Shown here in pieces: positions 41,505 through 51,285 of a DNA stretch of 64,000 nucleotides; the stretch's first letter is position 1; every line of letters starts with the position of its first letter. The position numbers and the translations under genes are program-made. The DNA lies in assembly GCA_965205975.1 (NCBI GenBank), contig OZ242195.1, forward strand, positions 3,424,001 to 3,488,000. Direction: 5' to 3'. The notes beneath the pieces were generated by a model, which saw nothing but the letters and a program-made list of their open reading frames with translations, ran no database searches and was not told the origin of the DNA. Source of the DNA: Candidatus Latescibacterota bacterium. GTDB lineage: Bacteria > Latescibacterota > UBA2968.

Positions 41505-42290
41505 TCAAGCCCGTGCGAGATCGCGATATGCCCTGAACAAATCTGAATAATAAGCCACAAACATCCACAGATCGCCCACCCCCTTATCGGGCCGTCGCTC
41601 TGTCTCTGCCGACATGTATCCCTCATATCCCTTCTCGTGCAACAGCCGGAACAACTCGCGATACGGATAGCCCTGTCCAGCCAGATCGTGCATATGCACG
41701 TGGTCCAGCCAGGGCCAAACCGTATCCAGCGCCTGTTTCACAGACCCATCAACCACATCTTGCGGCACCGAATTCCAGACCAACCCAAAATTCTCGTGAT
41801 CCACCTGCTCAGCCACTGCCCTGCACGCCTGCCAATCGAACTCCCCGTGCAACTCCAGACACGGCTTCACCCCCTTCTCAGCACCGTAATCACACAGCGG
41901 CTTCAGCGCCTCTGCCACCTGAGCAATCGTCTGTTCTCTGGGCACCTCTGCTGGAAAATTATTCCCAAACACGCGCACCCGAGGCGCACCCAGATCCGAT
42001 GCCAGATCCATCCGAACCATCGTCTGCTCAATATGATCCCGAAGATCATCCGAATTCGTATCGTGATACCGATTGCCCGTAGCAACACTCATAATATCGA
42101 TCCCCATCGCCTCGCAATCTGCCACCACCTGCTCTCGCTCTGATTCGTCAATCGACGCCTCCACCCCGTGCCCATGCCCCGCATCCGTCCGAAACTCCAC
42201 CCCTTCAAACCCGTGATCCTTCAACATCTGCAACAAATCCCGTCGGGAAAGCGCCTTCAAAACACCATAAGTCATCCACGAAAGTCTCAT
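41505..42290 (-). CDS. Sugar phosphate isomerase/epimerase (TIM barrel)
   Basis: GFEGVEFR, LELHG, HVHMHD, SAE; AGGAG RBS. Confidence 0.8.
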   Translation of the reverse strand: MRLSWMTYGVLKALSRRDLLQMLKDHGFEGVEFRTDAGHGHGVEASIDESEREQVVADCEAMGIDIMSVATGNRYHDTNSDDLRDHIEQTMVRMDLASDLGAPRVRVFGNNFPAEVPREQTIAQVAEALKPLCDYGAEKGVKPCLELHGEFDWQACRAVAEQVDHENFGLVWNSVPQDVVDGSVKQALDTVWPWLDHVHMHDLAGQGYPYRELFRLLHEKGYEGYMSAETERRPDKGVGDLWMFVAYYSDLFRAYRDLARA

Positions 42291-42395
42291 TCTGATTCTC
42301 CTATTAAATTGAAGTGGTACTCTATTGTTCACCCGCCTCGTTACCTATGCAGATCAGTGCGTCAATATAAAAGGCTGAAGGTAGGATGCGACAAC

Positions 42396-43211
42396 TTATT
42401 CCAGGTCGGGAAGTTCGTCGCGGGACAGAAGCAACTTGATTGAGCGCGGTTGGCGGGGAATTCTCGATATAAGACCTCGTTTTTCCAGGGTCTTGAGCAT
42501 GCTGTTGACGGAAGGACCTGTGATGCGAAAATACCTCTGTATATCCGCCTGGGCTGGGGGATAACCGTTCAACTTCGTGTAATAATAGATAAATGTCAGA
42601 TATTGTCCCTGTCTATCGGTATATACGAGTGCCTTCTCGCGCTTAAAGACCTTGTAGAAGTCGAGAAAAGACAGCATCCGATTGCTTTCCTCAAGATCAA
42701 AATTCTCGGGATCGAATGGCTCTCCAATCCACTCTGAATACATTTCATGCTCTGGATGATTTTTGTTTTCAAGCGCGCTTAAAAATTCTTCGTACCCCCA
42801 AATTCCACCCACATCCTCTGGTGGGCATGCGCGTTTTCCCGTCAGACATACAGGATAAAACACCCCGGCTTCTGGCTCCTTGATTTGTTCAACCCGAATC
42901 ATGTGTTCCCAGCTATCGCCGAAGTCATATTCATATATAAATTGTGCCCCAACCTCAACGGCGACCTGCTGAAGGGTGATTTCAGTTGCATCTCGGATAT
43001 CCTCCATCATTCCCCAGTCTTCCATGCCTGGATAAGGGGTGCTATAATAGGTATCGTTGATAATGAACTGGTGAAGATGAGCATCTTCCCACCCCATCAC
43101 AATCTGAATCACCTCATGTAGTTCTCCAAGTGAGAGGTTGCCATCAACCTCAACCCGCCGCCATATCGGCGGCCTGGAACCTCTTAGCGTAATTTTGAGT
43201 CGGTAGATCAT
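42396..43211 (-). CDS. Plasmid pRiA4b ORF3-family protein fused to a LexA/MarR-like winged HTH
   Basis: PPIWRR, GWEDAHLHQF, YEYDFGDSWEH, ACPPEDVGG; C-terminal QGQYLTFI..Y...PPAQADIQ. Confidence 0.85.
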   Translation of the reverse strand: MIYRLKITLRGSRPPIWRRVEVDGNLSLGELHEVIQIVMGWEDAHLHQFIINDTYYSTPYPGMEDWGMMEDIRDATEITLQQVAVEVGAQFIYEYDFGDSWEHMIRVEQIKEPEAGVFYPVCLTGKRACPPEDVGGIWGYEEFLSALENKNHPEHEMYSEWIGEPFDPENFDLEESNRMLSFLDFYKVFKREKALVYTDRQGQYLTFIYYYTKLNGYPPAQADIQRYFRITGPSVNSMLKTLEKRGLISRIPRQPRSIKLLLSRDELPDLE

Positions 43212-43245
43212 AATGTATTCTTTTTTTAAATTGGTGTAATATCCG

Positions 43246-43563
43246 TTATTTTATACCCGCAGGTCTTATTTCTTCAAGTTCGTCTTTCAAAGATTGCTCT
43301 ACGCGCCACAAATCACAAGCTTGTTGTAGGCGTAACCAGAGTCCGGGACCGTTGCCTACAAGCTTACCGATTCTAAGTGCCATTTCTATCGTAACCGGAT
43401 GCGTACAGGCCAGAACGCGATGCAACTGTTGACGGGAAACACCAAGTCGCCGAGCGGCTTCACTAACCGATAACTCAAGCGACGGCAATACATCTTCGCG
43501 CAGAATCTCACCCGGATGAACAGGCGCGCGCTCCAACGGACGTTTGACAGAATATTCGGCCAT
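43246..43563 (-). CDS. higA: HigA-family addiction module antitoxin
   Basis: HPGEILRED, HTH, EMALRIGK, LWLRLQ. Confidence 0.9.
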   Translation of the reverse strand: MAEYSVKRPLERAPVHPGEILREDVLPSLELSVSEAARRLGVSRQQLHRVLACTHPVTIEMALRIGKLVGNGPGLWLRLQQACDLWRVEQSLKDELEEIRPAGIK

Positions 43564-43570
43564 TGTCACC

Positions 43571-43846
43571 TCAATGATATTGCTCAAGATTGACCCTTAG
43601 TGCATCACCATCTTGCCATTCGAACGTAATACACCATGGACCGTTTACGTGAATACTATAACGTTTGGGTAATCCTCGCAGACCGTGAAAGTTGAACCCC
43701 GGTACATTCAAGTCTGTCAATGATTCCGCTTGATCGAGAACTTCCAGACGACGTAAGCAGCGCCTTTGCAAATCCCAACGCATTCGACGACTGCGACCGC
43801 GTTCAAAAAGTTCGACAAGTCCTTTATGCTTGAAACTTATGATCAT
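43571..43846 (-). CDS. higB: HigB-like (RelE/ParE family) toxin
   Basis: MIISFKHKGL..LF, FHGLRG, SIHVNGPWCITF; lies upstream of higA. Confidence 0.9.
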   Translation of the reverse strand: MIISFKHKGLVELFERGRSRRMRWDLQRRCLRRLEVLDQAESLTDLNVPGFNFHGLRGLPKRYSIHVNGPWCITFEWQDGDALRVNLEQYH

Positions 43847-43893
43847 TTATAAAAATGTAACATACTTTGTTACACTGTCAACAATTATAATAT

Positions 43894-44073
43894 ACGTCAT
43901 GTGTGACTTTGTATAAAGGTCAGCAAAACAAGCGCACAGATATAGCCTACAGAGCACAAGAGCGGTCAGCGATCAGCAGTCAGCAGTCAGAAAAACCAAA
44001 AACACAGGTTTTCTGCCTGTTATCTGTATTTATCGGTATTATTCTGTGGCACTCTTGAAGTCACACATCGCGT
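43894..44073. mobile_element. 180-bp MITE sharing terminal inverted repeats with the IS982-like remnant at 59633
   Basis: ACGTCATGTGTGACTT ... AAGTCACACATCGCGT. Confidence 0.75.
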
Positions 44074-44180
44074 AAAACAATATCTTCAAGTGACACAAAG
44101 CCAATATATAGTATATTGGCCGGGAATCAACACTCAAAATCTTCGACAAAAGGACTTGAAATTCAACAAAGGATATATCT

Positions 44181-45926
44181 ATGAGCAAATCGAAAAGTGC
44201 CGCAGACATTAACATTCTCGACGCTGCCGAAAAATGGAAACAGCAATGCCTTTTGGATGGTGGATCGCTATTCTCGGAAGAATCTCTCTGGACCCGAGGA
44301 AACTTCGAACAACTCCGCATCCACTTTGTCCAGAATCCTGATAAAGGATCGGGTAAATTCTACGAGAAACTGGCGCAACAACTGGAACATGCTCCCCCAG
44401 AGGCGAAGCGTCTATGGGCTGAAATGACATGGGTACTTTTTTTAATCGTCTATCGCGGCGTGCTTAAACCAGAGACAAAACGCGCTCAGATCAGGCAAGT
44501 CTGGGAATGGTCGGGGTCGAAACTTCCGGATAATCATTGGGCACTGGGCGACGTCTTAGCAAAAGGGGTTACAAATCCAGGCCAAGCTTATAATACTTCC
44601 CGTTGGCGAGAATGCCGCTTCTTCATCACCACGATGATGAGCTGGTTTTCCCATTCCTCAGAGGATCGAAAATCGCTATTGACCGATCCCTGGGACTTTG
44701 CCGAATGGCTCGACGCTCAGGAGTACTGTCAAGGCCGTCAATTTCGACATGCTTTTCTGTACCTTCTGTTTCCGGATGCGTTTGAAGCAATTATGAGTCA
44801 AGGCCATAAAGAAAAAATAGTCAACGCTTTCTCAAAAAAATGGAATGAGAATCTGCTCACTAACGACGGGGATAACGTCGCTCTCGATCAAGCATTATTG
44901 AAAATTCGGAAACGCCTTAAGGACGAATACCCCGACACGGGAATCGACTTCTACAGTGCGCGGTTCAAGGATATTTGGCAATCCAGTCAGCCGCCTCCAC
45001 CACCGCCGCCACCGGAAGTGAGGGAAACAGCATTTCTTTTTGTTTCCTATTCCATAGAAAACATCCTGACAGAAGGCTGTTTTCTTCAACGAGAAAAACT
45101 GGAAACAATCCTTCAACGCCTCCGCGACAAGAAAAATCTAATCCTGCAAGGGCCTCCGGGCACGGGCAAAACATGGCTGGCAAAAAAGCTGGCCTTCGCC
45201 TTAATAGGTGAACGCAAAGAAGACAAAATACGCCCTGTGCAGTTTCACCCCAATCTTTCTTACGAAGATTTTGTCAGAGGATGGCGACCATCAGGCGACG
45301 GCAAGCTGGATCTGGTTGATGGCCCCTTTCTTCAGATGATAAACACCGCAAAAGACGATCCAGAGTCACAATATGCGATCATCATTGAGGAAATCAATCG
45401 CGGCAACCCCGCACAAATTTTTGGCGAGATGCTCACGCTACTGGAATCGGACAAGCGAAAAGAGACCGAAGCATTGGAACTGTCTTATCGAAAAAGAGAA
45501 GGCGAACGGGTTTACATTCCCGAAAACCTGTATGTCATCGGCACAATGAACGTTGCCGACCGCTCAATCGCTATGGTCGATTTCGCCCTTCGCAGGCGAT
45601 TCGCCTTTGTTGACCTTGAACCCATATTTGGCAATGTCTGGCAGGACTGGGTACATAATCAGTACAAAATAGACGAGGAATTTCTGCTACAAGTAGCAGA
45701 AAGAATGAATGTGCTGAACGAACAGATAGCTGGGGATGCTAATCTCGGTGCTCAATTCAGGGTGGGACACAGTTATGTAACGCCTTCCGCTGGGGAGATT
45801 GATGATTCCCATGAATGGTTCAAACAAGTAGTCGAAACCGAAATCGGCCCCTTGCTGGACGAATACTGGTTTGATGCGCTGGATACAGCCCAAAAGTCCC
45901 GAGAAAAACTACTGGAAGGGTTATAA
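44181..45926 (+). CDS. mcrB: McrB-family AAA+ GTPase of modification-dependent restriction
   Basis: GPPGTGKT, VQFHPNLSYEDF, EEINRG, GTMNVADRS, ALRRRF. Confidence 0.92.
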   Translation: MSKSKSAADINILDAAEKWKQQCLLDGGSLFSEESLWTRGNFEQLRIHFVQNPDKGSGKFYEKLAQQLEHAPPEAKRLWAEMTWVLFLIVYRGVLKPETKRAQIRQVWEWSGSKLPDNHWALGDVLAKGVTNPGQAYNTSRWRECRFFITTMMSWFSHSSEDRKSLLTDPWDFAEWLDAQEYCQGRQFRHAFLYLLFPDAFEAIMSQGHKEKIVNAFSKKWNENLLTNDGDNVALDQALLKIRKRLKDEYPDTGIDFYSARFKDIWQSSQPPPPPPPPEVRETAFLFVSYSIENILTEGCFLQREKLETILQRLRDKKNLILQGPPGTGKTWLAKKLAFALIGERKEDKIRPVQFHPNLSYEDFVRGWRPSGDGKLDLVDGPFLQMINTAKDDPESQYAIIIEEINRGNPAQIFGEMLTLLESDKRKETEALELSYRKREGERVYIPENLYVIGTMNVADRSIAMVDFALRRRFAFVDLEPIFGNVWQDWVHNQYKIDEEFLLQVAERMNVLNEQIAGDANLGAQFRVGHSYVTPSAGEIDDSHEWFKQVVETEIGPLLDEYWFDALDTAQKSREKLLEGL

Positions 45927-47038
45927 TGGACACCGTTCTAGAAAACGACAATCTGGGGTACATCGGAGAAATTCCAGTCAGAAATCTCTGGCTACTGATG
46001 CTTTATGCGTCCCAACTATTCCGACAGATAAACGATTTGCAAAAGAGAAAGGTTGAAGACAATCCCGACGACATCCCCGACCTGGTGGCTGAAATCCTGT
46101 CGTGGACGGTAGAACGTCGCTTGAGGCGAAACCTGAGCTTTGGCTACCAGCCCAAACAAGCTATCCTCAGCAGGGTGCGCGGCAGAATCGACCATATCCA
46201 TACAGAACGCCGCCAACTGCTGCACAGAGGTCTTGTTGCATGCCGGTTTGAAGAACTAACAGTAGATACACCACGCAACCGCTATGTTCGAGCGGCATTG
46301 GAAAAGTCGGCCAATATGGTACGAAGCGTTGACCTATCCCATCGATGTCGCGTCCTTGCCATCCGTTTAATGCACATGGGAGTGAATGGGGAACATCTTA
46401 TCCGACATGCCCCATCGGTAAATCTCACTGGTCGGATAGACACCGCTGACCGGCAGATGCTGGCTGCGGCACAACTGGCCTTCGATTTGGCACTGCCCAC
46501 CGAAACCGCTGGCCCCAGGAATTTATCTTCACCATCCCGCGAACCCCAATGGGTACGGAAACTTTATGAAAAGGCCATCGCCGGATTCTACGACGTCACG
46601 CTTACACAACGAAGGTGGAGAGTTCATCCCGGGCGACAACTCGATTGGTCCAAAGGTAAGAAGACTAAGGGTATTGATAACATCCTCCCAAAAATGCTCA
46701 CGGATATCGTTATAGACGATGTAGTTTTGGATCATCGTATCATCATAGACACTAAATTTACATCCATCCTTAAACCCGGAAATTACCGTACCCAAACATT
46801 GGCCTCACCCCATATATACCAGATATACGCCTACTTGAGATCCCAGGAAGGTTTGGGTGATCCTCTGGCGGACACGGCATCGGGCATACTCCTGTATCCT
46901 GCTATTAATTGCTCAGTTGACGAATCGGTTGACATACAGGGTCACAACATACGATTCGCCACCGTAAATCTCGACGCAACTCCTGGAGAGATCCGGCACA
47001 GGCTCCTTGAATTGATTGATCCCGCCCTGGTAAAATAA
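45926..47038 (+). CDS. mcrC: McrC restriction subunit
   Basis: IPVRNLWLLMLYAS, TDIV...IIIDTKF, YQIYAY; translationally coupled to mcrB. Confidence 0.92.
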   Translation: MDTVLENDNLGYIGEIPVRNLWLLMLYASQLFRQINDLQKRKVEDNPDDIPDLVAEILSWTVERRLRRNLSFGYQPKQAILSRVRGRIDHIHTERRQLLHRGLVACRFEELTVDTPRNRYVRAALEKSANMVRSVDLSHRCRVLAIRLMHMGVNGEHLIRHAPSVNLTGRIDTADRQMLAAAQLAFDLALPTETAGPRNLSSPSREPQWVRKLYEKAIAGFYDVTLTQRRWRVHPGRQLDWSKGKKTKGIDNILPKMLTDIVIDDVVLDHRIIIDTKFTSILKPGNYRTQTLASPHIYQIYAYLRSQEGLGDPLADTASGILLYPAINCSVDESVDIQGHNIRFATVNLDATPGEIRHRLLELIDPALVK

Positions 47039-47071
47039 AAAAACGCCATCAGCTATTTGCCGATGGCGTTT
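47037..47071 (-). terminator. Rho-independent terminator identical to 41455-41488
   Basis: AAAAAAACGCCATCAGCTATTTGCCGATGGCGTTT. Confidence 0.8.
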
Positions 47072-47147
47072 ATGCTTATCTTTGGTGCTTTCAAAGATCG
47101 TATGGTATCGCTAATTCCTCAGGGAGTTTTCGCAGATAGGCAGTACC

Positions 47148-47519
47148 CTACTGTTCTCCCACCCCATTGCCCATCTCGATGGATTGGGCGTTCGCAAGCG
47201 AAGTCACAAAATCAACATCTTTTGCATCCTTGCTTTTGATCAGGATAATTGGCTTATCAAGGGCAGATGCCATTCCAGCTTCATAGTTCACCCATTGTGA
47301 TTTGGCACTATTCGGCGTGACAATAATTACTACGTTACTCGCGCTACACATCTGTTGCTTTATCGCCTCCCGAACATCGTCACCAATCTTGGTATCTACG
47401 CGAAGATCAATAAACGACATGTCGTCGGTATCGTGACCAGACTTCTTCAATAATCTGGACACCTGTTCTGCAATATCACGGTCCTGATAAGCATAAGAAA
47501 GGAATACTTTTTTACTCAT
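47148..47519 (-). CDS. Stand-alone TIR-domain protein
   Basis: KVFLSYA, SAKSQWVNYEAG (conserved TIR Glu), KPII; AAGGAG RBS. Confidence 0.85.
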   Translation of the reverse strand: MSKKVFLSYAYQDRDIAEQVSRLLKKSGHDTDDMSFIDLRVDTKIGDDVREAIKQQMCSASNVVIIVTPNSAKSQWVNYEAGMASALDKPIILIKSKDAKDVDFVTSLANAQSIEMGNGVGEQ

Positions 47520-47642
47520 TCTCGCGCTCCTTATCCCGCCAGATATATTGACAAACGGGCATGTTGATCTATAATATACTGAAAGGGAAGAAATCCGAGG
47601 GATTTTTCATATCTAAAACCATCTAAAATCTCACTGCATAAA

Positions 47643-50135
47643 ATGATAGATATCAATAGACAACGCAATATACTGAGCCAGGTTGATCTTCTTAGATATA
47701 ACCTCGTTAAAAAGAAAAAAAAGAAAAACCACCTTGGCCAGTTCTTTACGCCTGCTCCGATAGCTGAGTTCATGGCACAGATGTTTCGCATATCAGAAGC
47801 CTCTGTTCATTTGCTTGATGCCGGTGCTGGAATAGGCTCTCTTTCTGCTGCTTTTGTCGATTATGTCTGCACACAGAAGCAGACCCCCAAGGAATTTACA
47901 ATCACAGCCTATGAAATTGATGCTTCATTGACGCCATTTTTAGAAAATACATTGAACGCCTGTCGCTCAAAATGTGAGCAACTCGGCATTCATTTTAGCT
48001 ACAAAGTGATCAATGAAGATTTTGTCAAAGCTGCTACATCTGCACTCAGACAAGATCTGTTCTCTCCTCCTGCCAAGAAGTTCAATTATGCTATTCTCAA
48101 TCCCCCCTACAAAAAAATCCAGAGTGCTTCTGAACACAGAAAATTATTGCGTCGCCTTGGGATTGAAACGAGCAATCTTTATACAGCCTTTCTGGCGATA
48201 ACAAAAAAATTGCTGACTGAAGAGGGACAACTCGTTGCAATTACACCGAGAAGCTTCTGCAATGGACCTTATTTCAAAGCATTTAGAAATGACTTTCTCG
48301 AAGAAATGGCATTAAAGAGAATTCACATCTTTGAATCCAGAAAAAGGGCCTTCAGCGACGATGGTGTCCTGCAAGAAAACATCATTTTCCATGCGATCAA
48401 ATCTAAGGCAACGCCATCAAAGATAGCGATCTCATCTCATTCATCTCCAAGAGATCCTCTATTCTGGAGAGATGTGGAATATAACCATGTGATACATCCA
48501 CAGGATCCTGATAAGTTCATTCACATCATTACAGATGAGACAGACCATCAAATAGCTGAAAAGATGAAGCATTTTCAATCAACTCTGGAGGAACTCGGCA
48601 TCTCGGTATCAACGGGCAGAGTTGTTGATTTCCGGGCGAACAAATTCTTGAAACAGGTACCAAATAAGAAAACAGTGCCCTTAATTTATCCCATGCATTT
48701 CCAGCAAGGTTTTGTTGAATGGCCCTCCAAAAACATTAAGAAGCCCCACGCCATTATTTCTTCAGAAGAATCCAAAAATTTATTGGTCCCTTCTGGCACG
48801 TATGTTTTGGTAAGGCGTTTCTCCTCAAAAGAAGAAAAACGCAGGGTCGTAGCTGCTATCTACGATCCAGAGCGAATAAAATCAGAAACAGTAGGCTTTG
48901 AAAACCATCTGAATTATTTCCATTGCAATGGAAAAGGGCTGCCTGCACATCTTGCAAAAGGGCTGGCAGTTTTTCTTAATTCAATGATGGTTGACGCTTA
49001 CTTCAGATTGTTCAACGGCCATACGCAGGTAAATGCTACGGACTTGAGAAGTCTTAAATACCCTTCAAAAGAAAAACTCGAATCTCTGGGGGCAAAAATT
49101 AAGGACAGATTACCGAATGGTGATGCGTTGGATGATTTAATTGAACAAGAGGTCTTTAATATGGCAAATGAAAGCGGGAAACCAGATCCAATCAAAAGAA
49201 AACAGAAGATAGAAGCAGCACTCGCAATTCTGAAATCTATTGGTATGCCAGGTGCCCAGCAGAATGAGCGTTCAGCATTAACCTTGCTGGCATTGATCGA
49301 TGTAAAATCTGAAACACAGTGGGAGGATGCGAATAATCCTTTGATTGGCATTACACCCATCATGAATTTTGCGGCTGATCATTATGGGAAACAATACGCA
49401 CCAAATACGAGAGAGACCGTTAGAAGACAGACAGTACATCAATTTTTGGATGCTGGCATTATCCGCATCAACCCCGATGACCCTGATAGACCGACCAATA
49501 GCCCTAATACGGTGTATCAAATTGAAAATTCTACTCTTGACCTGATTCGGTCTTATGGCAGTGCAAAATGGAATGACGAGTTAGAGAAATTCCTGCAATC
49601 AATAGAGACTTTGCAAGCGAAGTATGCACAGGAGCGTCAGGCAAGAAAAATCCCCGTTGATATTTCAAACACAACCCAGGTAAACCTCTCTCCTGGGGGA
49701 CAGAACGAGCTTGTTAAGAAAATCATTGACGATATGTTTCCCAATTTCGCACCTGATGGTACGGTAATCTATCTTGGGGATACCGCCAGCAAATTTGCCT
49801 ATTTTGACAGGAAAGCACTTGAAATGTTAGGCGTGGATATTGAAGACCACGGTAAGATGCCAGATGTAGTCATTCATCATAAGCAAAAAAATTGGTTGCT
49901 GCTTATTGAAGCTGTAACCAGTCATGGCCCTGTTGATCCAAAACGTCGAGGAGAGTTGCAACAACTCTTTGCAACCTCAAAAGCAGGACTTGTTTTTATT
50001 ACAACATTTTTGACTCGAAGAGATATGATGAGATATCTCTCTGAAATCTCCTGGGAAACAGAAGTCTGGATCGCTGAATCTCCAACACATATGATACACT
50101 TTGATGGGGAGAGGTTTCTGGGGCCTTATGAATGA
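47643..50135 (+). CDS. Fused N6-adenine methyltransferase and BsuBI/PstI-family restriction endonuclease
   Basis: MTase motifs GQFFTP, LDAGAGIG, NPPY, FNGHTQVNATDL; REase motifs YAPNTRETVRRQT, HGKMPDVV, IEAVTSHGP; one ORF. Confidence 0.9.
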   Translation: MIDINRQRNILSQVDLLRYNLVKKKKKKNHLGQFFTPAPIAEFMAQMFRISEASVHLLDAGAGIGSLSAAFVDYVCTQKQTPKEFTITAYEIDASLTPFLENTLNACRSKCEQLGIHFSYKVINEDFVKAATSALRQDLFSPPAKKFNYAILNPPYKKIQSASEHRKLLRRLGIETSNLYTAFLAITKKLLTEEGQLVAITPRSFCNGPYFKAFRNDFLEEMALKRIHIFESRKRAFSDDGVLQENIIFHAIKSKATPSKIAISSHSSPRDPLFWRDVEYNHVIHPQDPDKFIHIITDETDHQIAEKMKHFQSTLEELGISVSTGRVVDFRANKFLKQVPNKKTVPLIYPMHFQQGFVEWPSKNIKKPHAIISSEESKNLLVPSGTYVLVRRFSSKEEKRRVVAAIYDPERIKSETVGFENHLNYFHCNGKGLPAHLAKGLAVFLNSMMVDAYFRLFNGHTQVNATDLRSLKYPSKEKLESLGAKIKDRLPNGDALDDLIEQEVFNMANESGKPDPIKRKQKIEAALAILKSIGMPGAQQNERSALTLLALIDVKSETQWEDANNPLIGITPIMNFAADHYGKQYAPNTRETVRRQTVHQFLDAGIIRINPDDPDRPTNSPNTVYQIENSTLDLIRSYGSAKWNDELEKFLQSIETLQAKYAQERQARKIPVDISNTTQVNLSPGGQNELVKKIIDDMFPNFAPDGTVIYLGDTASKFAYFDRKALEMLGVDIEDHGKMPDVVIHHKQKNWLLLIEAVTSHGPVDPKRRGELQQLFATSKAGLVFITTFLTRRDMMRYLSEISWETEVWIAESPTHMIHFDGERFLGPYE

Positions 50136-50166
50136 TGTTGTATTGTTTTGAACACCTTCATAGAAC

Positions 50167-51276
50167 CTACAACCTATCCACCTGCGTCTCTCCGCGCTTC
50201 AGCTCTTCCATAAGCTCATCGTATCGATCCCGATCAACCGGCATCGCGACTTCCTCTTTTCGCAGGGCCGAAAGCACAATCGCGTTAATCAGTTCCAGTG
50301 TTCGCCGCGCTGTCACCCCATCTGTAATGGCCTCTCCCCCATCCAGAATCGCCGAAACAAAACTCTCCACCAGTGTTGGTCCCCCCTCATCGGACGGCAC
50401 ATCCTCCCAGCTAATGTTTGGCTGATGCCCCTTTGCCCCCTTTATAAACGCCCGCATAGGCGCTTCGTACCGCCCCAATCGAAACACATCGGGCACCTTT
50501 GAATTGGCATTCTTCTCATCTCGAAACTCAATCGTACCCAGATCCCCTGAAATCTGCCTGTAATTCAATCGCCTATCGCACGTACTCAACTGCACATTCG
50601 CATGGGCACCACAGGCAAAACGGATATTGGCAACAACCGTATCCTCAATCTCCACACGATGACCCCAATTGCACATCATCGCAGAAACCGCAACCGGATC
50701 ACCCACCATCCAGCACAGCAAATCCAGATCGTGACTCGTCTGATTCATCAGCACCCCACCCCCTGCGTGCTCCCAGGTACACCGCCATATATCCCGGTCG
50801 TAATACACCTCTGGCCGCGTCTCAATCCACATCCACAGCACCCGGTAAATCTCTCCCAACGCCCCCTCATCAATCAGCCGCTTCAGCGCGCGATTGCCGG
50901 GAAACGTGCGATAATTGTGCCCCACAGCCAACTTCAAATCCCGCGCCTGTGCCGCCTCGATCATCCTATCCGCTTCGGAAACCGTATTCGCAATCGGCTT
51001 CTCCACAAAAGTATGCAACCCCACCTCCAAACAATCCAAACCCATCGGCGCGTGGAGATGGTGCGGCGTCGCAATCACCACCGCATCCAGATCCTCGGAC
51101 GCGATCATCTCCCGGTAATCCCCCCAGGCGCGCGCACCCCGTTCTTCTCCCACCTGCCGCGCATAATCCAGATCCAAATCAGCCACCGCCACCAACTCCG
51201 CCCGATCCAGTCCTGAAATCTCCCGCACATGTTGCCCGCCCATGCCCTTCAAGCCGACCACACCGAACCTGACCAT
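50167..51276 (-). CDS. Gfo/Idh/MocA oxidoreductase
   Basis: GVVGLKGMG, ATPHHLH, VEKP, GGGVLMNQTSHDLD. Confidence 0.92.
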   Translation of the reverse strand: MVRFGVVGLKGMGGQHVREISGLDRAELVAVADLDLDYARQVGEERGARAWGDYREMIASEDLDAVVIATPHHLHAPMGLDCLEVGLHTFVEKPIANTVSEADRMIEAAQARDLKLAVGHNYRTFPGNRALKRLIDEGALGEIYRVLWMWIETRPEVYYDRDIWRCTWEHAGGGVLMNQTSHDLDLLCWMVGDPVAVSAMMCNWGHRVEIEDTVVANIRFACGAHANVQLSTCDRRLNYRQISGDLGTIEFRDEKNANSKVPDVFRLGRYEAPMRAFIKGAKGHQPNISWEDVPSDEGGPTLVESFVSAILDGGEAITDGVTARRTLELINAIVLSALRKEEVAMPVDRDRYDELMEELKRGETQVDRL

Positions 51277-51285
51277 AGCTCCTCC

